Origin: Promethearchaeota archaeon
Lineage (GTDB): Archaea; Asgardarchaeota; Lokiarchaeia; Sigyniarchaeales; SOKP01
Direction of reading: 5' to 3'
Length of the DNA: 13,329 nucleotides
Assembly (NCBI GenBank): GCA_016926735.1
Contig: JAFGOA010000115.1
Coordinates: 1-13,329, forward strand
Shown here: positions 6,462-13,329 of the stretch, piece after piece
How the letters are laid out: each line of letters begins with the position of its first letter
How positions within the stretch are numbered: the stretch's first letter is position 1
Notes under the pieces: model-generated
Seen by the model: only the letters and a program-made list of their open reading frames with translations
What the model was told of the DNA's origin: nothing
Databases searched by the model: none
Made by a program: the position numbers and the translations under genes

Positions 6462-8759
6462 ATGAAAAAATTTATTTTCAAAATAATAATTTTATTTTTT
6501 GTAATTAATTCAATTCATATTTTAAATACATATTCTGAACCTCATAATATTAATAATCTTAATTTTAATTCAATAGAACAATCTAATCTTGAAATTATAT
6601 CAGAGGGATTTAATAATACTATTTGGAATAATGGAGGTAGTTTCTATCCTGATAATGCAATTGATTCATTTGGAAATATTCATGTAGTTTGGGAAGACCT
6701 ATCTGACGGTGAATGGGGGGGCGGATCTGATGATCCTGAAATAATGTATTGTAATTATACACAAGGTGTTGGTTGGTCCAATGCTACAGTAATTTCGGAT
6801 GGATATCAAGGTTTTTATTGGAATAACGGAGATAGTCTCAGGCCTAAAATTGAAATAGATATTAATGGTAATCTTCATGTAGTATGGCTTGATGCAACAA
6901 TCGGAATATGGGGGGGAACAATATCTAATTCAGAAATAATGTATTGTAATTATACACAAGGTGTTGGCTGGTCCAATGCTACAGTAATTTCGGATGGATA
7001 TCAAGGTTTTTATTGGAATAACGGTCAAAGTTCTTTTCCTGTTATTGATTCTGATTCAAAAGGAAATATTCATGTTGCATGGATTGAAAATTCTTATGGA
7101 ATTTGGGGTACTGATCAAGAAATAATGTATTGCAATTATACACAAGGTGTTGGCTGGTCCAATATTACAGTAATTTCAGATGGATATCAAGGTATCTATT
7201 GGAATAATGATATAAGTCGTTATCCTGATATGAGTATTGATATTAATGACAATATTCACATTGTATGGAATGATGGTACTGATGGTATTTGGGGTACTGA
7301 TCAAGAAATAATGTATTGTAATTATATACAAGATGTTGGTTGGTCCAATGCAACTGTTATCTCTGACGGGTTTAATAATATTTATTGGAATGATGATTTT
7401 AGTGAATCTCCATCAATAGATACTGATTTAGATGGAAATGTTCATGTTGTTTGGGGTGATGGTACTTCAGGAATTTGGGGTGTAGATGAAGAAATTATGT
7501 ATTGTAATTTTATACGCGGTGTTGGCTGGTCCAATGCAACTGTTATCTCTGATGGTTTTAATAGTGTTTATTGGAATAATGATACAAGTGCTCAAGCGGA
7601 TATTTTTACGGATTTAGATGGAAATCTTCATATTGTGTGGGAAGATTGGACAGCAGGTCAATGGGGGGATGATGTTGAGATTTGGTACATTCAACATTCT
7701 CAAGATAATGGATGGTCAAATCCAATCATAATATCTGATGGATTTGAAGATGAATATTGGAATAGTGGAATTAGCATAAATCCTACTATTTCAGTTGGTA
7801 ATAATGGAACTATTTCCATTGTATGGGAAGATGGTACAAATGGTCTATGGGGAACAGATACTGAAATTGTATCATATAATAATATTCCTAATCTACAATT
7901 TTTTTTCCAAACAAATCCAAAGAATGACTATTTTATTTATTTCCTGATAACAATTCTCCTCCTAAGTTTACTTTCTATTATTATTTTGAGTAATAAAGAT
8001 AAGAAAAAAGAAGAATATGAGGAATATATTTCATTTATTCAAATAAAAAAAAATGAAATGTTATGTATTGCTGTAGCAGGGACAATATCTATACAGCAAT
8101 CTATACAAATACATATCAATTCAAATTCCATAATAGATGATAGTATTTTAGATACTTTTTTTATAATTTTTCCTTATATAATCCTTTTAATTTGTTTTTT
8201 AATAATTATATTAATAATATATTCAATAGTTATTTCATATGAGCAATATAAGACATATTTACTTCATAATAATCAAGATATTGATATAAATCGTAAATTA
8301 AGATTGAAAGATATTTTTGAAAATCAAAATAGAAAAAGAATTATTAAAATTATTTTGAATAATCCTGGTATCCATTACAATGCTTTGTTTAAAGATTCTT
8401 ACCTCACACCTGGTCAATTTCAATGGCACTTAAGAGTGTTAATTGAGTATAAAATAATTAAAAGAAGAAAAATAAATAATAATACTATTTTTTTACCTAA
8501 AGTACATCCTAATAATATGAAAATGAAAGGAAATTTTAAAATTATTCAATCAGAGACAATATTTAAGATTCTGGATATAATTGAAATTAATCCTGGAATA
8601 AATCAATCAAATATCTCAAAAGATTTAGAAATGAGTAAATCTTTGGTAAATTACTATATAAATAAATTAAAGAAAAAGAATTTAATCAAATTAACCAAAT
8701 CAGGACGTGAAACACAGATTTTCATGGATCAATCCAATAGGTACGAAGTATATATATAG
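6462..8759 (+). CDS. Putative membrane-anchored one-component regulator: signal peptide + 7-repeat beta-propeller-like ectodomain + TM helices + tandem wHTH (COG3398-like)
   Basis: Signal peptide MKKFIFKIIILFFV, then repeats at aa ~45-474. Hydrophobic helices at aa ~490-510 and ~566-593, with a weaker one at ~533-552. wHTH1 is IFENQNRKRIIKIILNNPGIHYNAL..GQFQWHLRVL and wHTH2 is KILDIIEINPGINQSNISKDLEMSKSLVNYYINKL..IKLTKSGRE. Confidence 0.88.
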   Translation: MKKFIFKIIILFFVINSIHILNTYSEPHNINNLNFNSIEQSNLEIISEGFNNTIWNNGGSFYPDNAIDSFGNIHVVWEDLSDGEWGGGSDDPEIMYCNYTQGVGWSNATVISDGYQGFYWNNGDSLRPKIEIDINGNLHVVWLDATIGIWGGTISNSEIMYCNYTQGVGWSNATVISDGYQGFYWNNGQSSFPVIDSDSKGNIHVAWIENSYGIWGTDQEIMYCNYTQGVGWSNITVISDGYQGIYWNNDISRYPDMSIDINDNIHIVWNDGTDGIWGTDQEIMYCNYIQDVGWSNATVISDGFNNIYWNDDFSESPSIDTDLDGNVHVVWGDGTSGIWGVDEEIMYCNFIRGVGWSNATVISDGFNSVYWNNDTSAQADIFTDLDGNLHIVWEDWTAGQWGDDVEIWYIQHSQDNGWSNPIIISDGFEDEYWNSGISINPTISVGNNGTISIVWEDGTNGLWGTDTEIVSYNNIPNLQFFFQTNPKNDYFIYFLITILLLSLLSIIILSNKDKKKEEYEEYISFIQIKKNEMLCIAVAGTISIQQSIQIHINSNSIIDDSILDTFFIIFPYIILLICFLIIILIIYSIVISYEQYKTYLLHNNQDIDINRKLRLKDIFENQNRKRIIKIILNNPGIHYNALFKDSYLTPGQFQWHLRVLIEYKIIKRRKINNNTIFLPKVHPNNMKMKGNFKIIQSETIFKILDIIEINPGINQSNISKDLEMSKSLVNYYINKLKKKNLIKLTKSGRETQIFMDQSNRYEVYI
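6594..7883 (+). repeat. Seven intragenic tandem repeats of 62-65 codons (186-195 bp)
   Basis: Consensus VISDGxxxxYWNNxxSxxPxIxxDxxGNxHVVWxDxTxGxWGxDxEIMYCNYTxxVGWSNAT. DNA offsets of 195 bp (6738/6933) and 186 bp (7101/7287, 7341/7527). Confidence 0.95.
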
Positions 8760-8906
8760 AATAATTCACTCAACTCAAAGAAATTTTTATTCTTATTCTT
8801 ATAATTTTTTTTTTAAGAATAGAAAGAAATCATATTAATATAATAAAAGTACGATTTTAATAATTAGGTAAAATATATTAACATATTCTCTCTAAAAATC
8901 TTTTTT

Positions 8907-8949
8907 CATGGAAAAGAGTCTTGTTTTAATGGAAAATCGAAGTGAAATC
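8907..8949 (+). repeat. 43-bp intergenic direct repeat, copy 2
   Basis: CATGGAAAA gagtcttgtt TTAATGGAAAA t CGAA g TGAAATC. Same orientation and spacing as 5939-5981. Confidence 0.8.
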
Positions 8950-9107
8950 CTTCTTTCACGGCAAATTATATATATTACCATAATATTACGGTGATAATTA
9001 TTTCATTCTTTTCAGAGATCATTAAAATATGATCTATTTAGATAGTTAGTTCACAGATCTGCCATAGAAAAATTAAATTAAAAAATTAGAAATTATTATG
9101 AAAATCT

Positions 9108-9437
9108 ATGGAATCTAGAACAATAGAAGCTAACATAGATAATATTGATCTAATAATCAAAAATTTTTTAACTATAATTCAACCCCAATATTCGTACTAT
9201 AATGAAGACAAAAATATTTATGTATATATATTTGAAAAATTAGCATGGCAAAATCTTTCTGAAGTCTCAGGAACAATTATATTTGACATATTAGAGAATA
9301 AAAGATGTAAAATAATAATAACAATTTCGGGAGGAAAAACTGGTTGGCTTCGATTAACTTGGGGATCTGAAAGAAAAATGATGGAAAAAATCAGTGATTT
9401 TTTTGATTTATTAATAGACGAATTACCTGAAGAATAA
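9108..9437 (+). CDS. Small hypothetical protein, DUF6054-like
   Basis: 109 aa. The pattern VYIFEK...SxVSGTIIF...ISGGKTGWLRLTWGSE resembles DUF6054 (FEK...SLT...GGGxG...WGxE), recalled from memory. The ORF is plausible, but the family call is unverified. Confidence 0.65.
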   Translation: MESRTIEANIDNIDLIIKNFLTIIQPQYSYYNEDKNIYVYIFEKLAWQNLSEVSGTIIFDILENKRCKIIITISGGKTGWLRLTWGSERKMMEKISDFFDLLIDELPEE

Positions 9438-9570
9438 GAATTATAATATGAATCTCATGAAGTGTTATTGTTTGGTTATATAAATATCTCTAAATTAGAT
9501 TGAGTAGGATATTCAATAAAACACTTCTAATATTTATTTTTACTTTCTCTAAAAGAAAAAAAAAGAATAT

Positions 9571-12500
9571 TTAAATTAACAATTTGAATTTATTTTTCTT
9601 CTGTAATTTAACTACTAAAATTATCATGGTAATCATTGATATTGAGACTATAATTAATACAGGATAACTTGGAATATTATCCTCTTCTGGAGTTGTTTTA
9701 GTGATAACAATAGTTTCTGAAGCGATTTTATCTAAAGTGCTATTTGCATAAAAAGATATTGTAATAATTCCATCTGGTAATGATTCCCATTCTACTTGAT
9801 CTATTGTACCATTGGAAGTAAATGTTATATTATCTCCTCCATTTAACGAATACCACATAGAATCAAGTTGAGGATGATAAATCTCTACGGTAAAGGATGG
9901 AGCTTCAAAGCCAAATTCTTCATTACTAATTGGACTGATAATTTTTATAATTGGATTGGTACTTTTTATTATAGTAATATTATTTGAAGCTATATTTCCA
10001 TTAGTATCATTTGCATAAAAAGTTATAATTATTATTCCATCTAGTAATGAATCCCATTCTGCTTGATCTATCGTACCATTGGATGTGAATGTTATACTTC
10101 GTCCTCCATTTAGAGAATACCACATTATATCAAGGTTAGGATCCGGTATATCTATACTAAAGGATGGAGCTTCATGATCAAATTCCTCATTATTATTTGG
10201 GCTAATTATTATTGGAAAGGTATATTTTACAATACTAATATCTGCTGAAAAAATAGTTCCTTCTGTATTATTCACATAAAAAGTTACCGTGACTATTCCA
10301 TCTTGTATTGCTTTCCATTCAATCGGATTGCATGTAAAATCAGAAGTAAAAGTTGTATTATCTCCTCCATTTAGAGAATACCACATAGTATCAATCCAAG
10401 AATCAATATCTTCTACAATAAAAGAGGGCATATTAGAACCAATTTCTATTATATTGCTTGGGTACACTATTGTAATATTTATACCAGAATTACATATAGG
10501 ATATAAATCTTGACTATGAGAATAAATAGATATAGTATAACCAGCTATATTGTATGGTAAATCTCCAATACCATCATTATTTAAATCAATCCCTCTGTAA
10601 TCACTCCAATAATTCCCTATTGTTCCATTATCCCAATAATTCTTATCTGGTACTTGAGCCTCTTTAGCATTTACATTATTGTCAATAAATCTATTATTAT
10701 AGATTGTATTATATTCTGAATAAAAATGTAAATAAATTCCTGTTTCATTATTATTTGTAATTATGTTATCTGTTATTATATTGTAATATGAACAATCTAT
10801 ATTTATCCCCATTTTTTTATTGTACGAAGCAGTATTATTCTTTATCATGTTATTATCTGAAGTATCTATGTTAATACCAGTTTCTCCATTATTTAAAGCA
10901 TTATTATCTATAACGGTATTATCATCTGATCTCAAATTTATACCTATACCCCAATGTGAATTGTTTGAAACATTGTTGCTTTCAATTGTGCTATTAGAAG
11001 ATGTGTATAATAAAATACCATAGAAGGAGTTGTAAGAAAAATTATTATTCTTAACAGTAATATTATTTGAATACATTAATGATAAAGCTCCGGAACTTCC
11101 TGAGATATTCATCTCAGATATTTCTGAATCAGAACAATTAACAAGGATTATCTGACCTGCATTGCTAAAATCAGAATTAGTTAGTCCATTTTGATTCTTA
11201 ATATAATAGACTGGTTTATCATTTATTGTATTGGATGTATCTATTTCATGAGTTATAATATCTCTCAATAAACCATAAATTCCTATACCGGACGAATTCA
11301 TAATATTATTAGATAAAGTACACTGATCTGATCCTACTATATATATACAAAATCTATAATTATATAAAATCATATTATCCTTTATTGTACAATTATTAGA
11401 ATTGTCTAAAGAAAGTCCATATTCTGAATTAGATGAGAGGTTATTACCGAGGATTCTACTATTATCTGACCAATATGAATAAATACCATATTCTGAGTTA
11501 TAACATGCAGTGTTGTTTATGAATGAATTATAATCTGAATAAGTTACACTGAGACCTTTATCTCTATTATTTAATGCAGTATTTTCCGTTATAGTATTAT
11601 TTTCAGAAAACCACATTAACCCAATTCCCACTTCACAATTTGAAGCGGTATTGTCTTTAATAGTGTTATTATTTGAGTGATACAGATAGATCCCACATAC
11701 TGAATTATTTGAAACATTATTATTTATGATTGTGTTATTATCTGAAAATAATAGGGTTATAGCTAAAGATGTCTTAGAAATATTTAATTCAGATAGATTT
11801 GAATTAGAACAATTAGCAAGGATTATTTGACCGGGATTGGTAAAATTAGTATTAGTTAAACCAATCTGATTCTTATAATAATAGAGTGGTCTACCATTAA
11901 TTGTATTAGATATATCTATATCTATAGTTAAAAGTTCTCCAAGATAATCTCCAATTCCAATTCCAGATGATTCCATTGTATTATTATAAAGTACACAATA
12001 TGTAGATTCTTCTATAAGGATAGCATATATACTATTATGTAATATTTTATTATCCTTAATAATTTCATTTGAAGAATATCTTATATCAATCCCATATTCG
12101 CAATACAATATTGTGTTATTTATAATACTACAATCATCAGATTCATAACCCATTATACCACATTCCTTATTATAAGAAAATGTATTATTTGTAAGTATAA
12201 TTGAATCAGAATTACTTAAATAAATTCCTCTGTTGTTATTATATGAAATGTTATTTCCTTTGATGATAGTGTCATCTGCGTAAGATAAAAAAAGACCACG
12301 ATAATTATCTACTATAGTATTGTTAAATAATTCAATATTTGCAGTACTTTGTAAATATATTCCATAATTATAACCTTTGATCAAACAGTTTCTTATAATC
12401 AAAGGTCTATCAATATCTCGAATGAGAATTGCACTATCTTCTCCAGATCCCACAAAACTAAAGTTTTCGATGATATAAGGATCACCTATTAATCCATTAC

Positions 12501-12699
12501 CTGTTACATTTGGATGTGTTGCTAAATCCCCATTACCATCAATAAAAATAGGATTGATAACATCAGAAGTTTGAATGATTTCATTTATCTCTGTTTTATT
12601 TTCTGTAGTATCATTATTAAAGATTATTGAACTAAAAGATAAAACCATCAATAAAATAAACAACAAGCTTAGAGTTTTTTTCTTTTTTATTAATTTCAT
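9571..12699 (-). CDS. Cell-surface glycoprotein: NosD/right-handed parallel beta-helix + three Ig-like repeats + Loki-CTERM-like membrane anchor
   Basis: Signal peptide, N-cap PIFIDGN..GNGLIGDPYIIEN, many GIxLxxSxNNTIxxN beta-helix rungs, and C-cap GNYWSDYRGIDLNNDGIGDLPY. Three MWYSLNGG repeats follow. The C-terminus is IPSYP + TM helix + KLQKKNKFK. NxS/T sequons are abundant. Confidence 0.92.
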   Translation of the reverse strand: MKLIKKKKTLSLLFILLMVLSFSSIIFNNDTTENKTEINEIIQTSDVINPIFIDGNGDLATHPNVTGNGLIGDPYIIENFSFVGSGEDSAILIRDIDRPLIIRNCLIKGYNYGIYLQSTANIELFNNTIVDNYRGLFLSYADDTIIKGNNISYNNNRGIYLSNSDSIILTNNTFSYNKECGIMGYESDDCSIINNTILYCEYGIDIRYSSNEIIKDNKILHNSIYAILIEESTYCVLYNNTMESSGIGIGDYLGELLTIDIDISNTINGRPLYYYKNQIGLTNTNFTNPGQIILANCSNSNLSELNISKTSLAITLLFSDNNTIINNNVSNNSVCGIYLYHSNNNTIKDNTASNCEVGIGLMWFSENNTITENTALNNRDKGLSVTYSDYNSFINNTACYNSEYGIYSYWSDNSRILGNNLSSNSEYGLSLDNSNNCTIKDNMILYNYRFCIYIVGSDQCTLSNNIMNSSGIGIYGLLRDIITHEIDTSNTINDKPVYYIKNQNGLTNSDFSNAGQIILVNCSDSEISEMNISGSSGALSLMYSNNITVKNNNFSYNSFYGILLYTSSNSTIESNNVSNNSHWGIGINLRSDDNTVIDNNALNNGETGINIDTSDNNMIKNNTASYNKKMGINIDCSYYNIITDNIITNNNETGIYLHFYSEYNTIYNNRFIDNNVNAKEAQVPDKNYWDNGTIGNYWSDYRGIDLNNDGIGDLPYNIAGYTISIYSHSQDLYPICNSGINITIVYPSNIIEIGSNMPSFIVEDIDSWIDTMWYSLNGGDNTTFTSDFTCNPIEWKAIQDGIVTVTFYVNNTEGTIFSADISIVKYTFPIIISPNNNEEFDHEAPSFSIDIPDPNLDIMWYSLNGGRSITFTSNGTIDQAEWDSLLDGIIIITFYANDTNGNIASNNITIIKSTNPIIKIISPISNEEFGFEAPSFTVEIYHPQLDSMWYSLNGGDNITFTSNGTIDQVEWESLPDGIITISFYANSTLDKIASETIVITKTTPEEDNIPSYPVLIIVSISMITMIILVVKLQKKNKFKLLI
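9694..10480 (-). repeat. Three Ig-like domain repeats (87-89 aa) in the surface protein
   Basis: The MWY motif (taccacat on +) occurs at 9851, 10118 and 10379 (offsets 267 and 261 bp). Repeats 2 and 3 share APSF..LDxMWYSLNGGxxITFTSNGTIDQxEWxSLxDGIIxIxFYAN. Confidence 0.85.
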
Positions 12700-12898
12700 A
12701 ATATCTTTCGGAATTCTATTAATTTATTATTATTTTATAAAATTCAGTTAGATTAAAATGCGTATGGAATAAAATTGAAATTTTGGCTATTTTAAATATT
12801 GATTGCATTAAAATAAAAATTGGTCTATTTAAATTTAATATTGTTAAAAGAACATTTTGATATCAACAACATAAATTCTAACACAATTATTGATTAAT

Positions 12899-13329
12899 AT
12901 GAATAATAAAGACAAAGAATTAATTATTAAATTTAAAAATCTTACTAAAAAATTCGGTGATTTCTATGCTGTTTCTAATGTTAATCTAGAGATAAATAAA
13001 GGTGAAATCGTTGGATTTCTTGGTCCTAATGGCGCTGGTAAATCCACAACTATGAAAATGATGGCTTATCTTTTAAAGCCAACAGAAGGTGAAATATTAA
13101 TTTGTGGGAATGGGACATTAGAGAAATTATCTAATCATAATAAAGATTATTTGTTAGATAAAATAGGATTTCTAATTGAAAATCCCGCATTTTATAGTAA
13201 TGTATCCCCCCGATTGATTTTAAAATATTTTGCTGAACTTAAAGGTTATCCAATAAAAAAAGTAAATCAACGAATTGAAGAGGTTGTTGATATGTTTGGA
13301 TTGTCTGATTGGATTGATAAAAAAATCAA
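12899..13329 (+). CDS. ABC transporter ATP-binding protein, 5' partial (runs off window)
   Basis: Manual translation MNNKDKELIIKFKNLTKKFGDFYAVSNVNLEINKGEIVGFLGPNGAGKSTTMKMM...IGFLIENPAFY... shows Walker A GPNGAGKST, with the frame open to the window end. Not in the ORF track. Confidence 0.95.
   Translation, partial: MNNKDKELIIKFKNLTKKFGDFYAVSNVNLEINKGEIVGFLGPNGAGKSTTMKMMAYLLKPTEGEILICGNGTLEKLSNHNKDYLLDKIGFLIENPAFYSNVSPRLILKYFAELKGYPIKKVNQRIEEVVDMFGLSDWIDKKI

Noticed and set aside
6594-7883. Constant/variable repeats as a CRISPR array or DGR template/variable pair
   Set aside because: The units are in-frame coding repeats of 186-195 bp, differences are not adenine-specific, and no reverse transcriptase is present.
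5939-8949. 43-bp motif as a CRISPR repeat (ATTGAAAT-like end) or an ORB origin box (TTCCATGGAAA)
   Set aside because: Only two copies ~3 kb apart, no spacer array and no cas genes. It lacks the ORB central base and G-string, and there is no cdc6/orc1 in the window.
10289-11023. 74-aa and 67-aa + strand ORFs
   Set aside because: Antisense to the well-supported 1042-aa surface protein.
9571-12699. Assigning nosD (nitrous oxide reductase maturation) function
   Set aside because: No nosZ or nosL in the window. The length, Ig stalk and sorting tail fit the generic archaeal beta-helix surface protein family.
12764-12781. ATGGAATAAAATTGAAAT as a third copy of the 43-bp motif
   Set aside because: Only a partial match needing a 2-bp gap and lacking the first arm. 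Compatible with chance in AT-rich DNA.

Overview
Very AT-rich archaeal DNA, most likely from an Asgard archaeon (Lokiarchaeia/Promethearchaeota-like). This is inferred from a TrmB regulator, a Loki-CTERM-like sorting tail, sequon-rich surface proteins and archaeal TATA/oligo-T signals. The left half holds two parallel modules, each [ABC-2 permease <- ATPase <-] / two palindromic operators + TATA / [-> wHTH regulator], with TrmB-type in module 1 and ArsR-type in module 2. Between them lies a PPOX-class (Rv2061-like) F420-dependent oxidoreductase gene that the ORF track missed, interrupted by one in-frame TAA. The centre encodes a 765-aa candidate one-component transmembrane receptor/transcription factor: signal peptide, seven 62-65 aa repeats (probable beta-propeller), membrane helices and two C-terminal wHTH domains. 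Two direct copies of an unexplained 43-bp intergenic motif bracket this gene. The right half has a DUF6054-like small protein, a 1042-aa NosD/beta-helix + Ig-like surface glycoprotein, and the 5' part of a third ABC ATPase. No rRNA, tRNA, CRISPR array, transposase or integrase was seen. Family calls come from motif recognition, not database searches.
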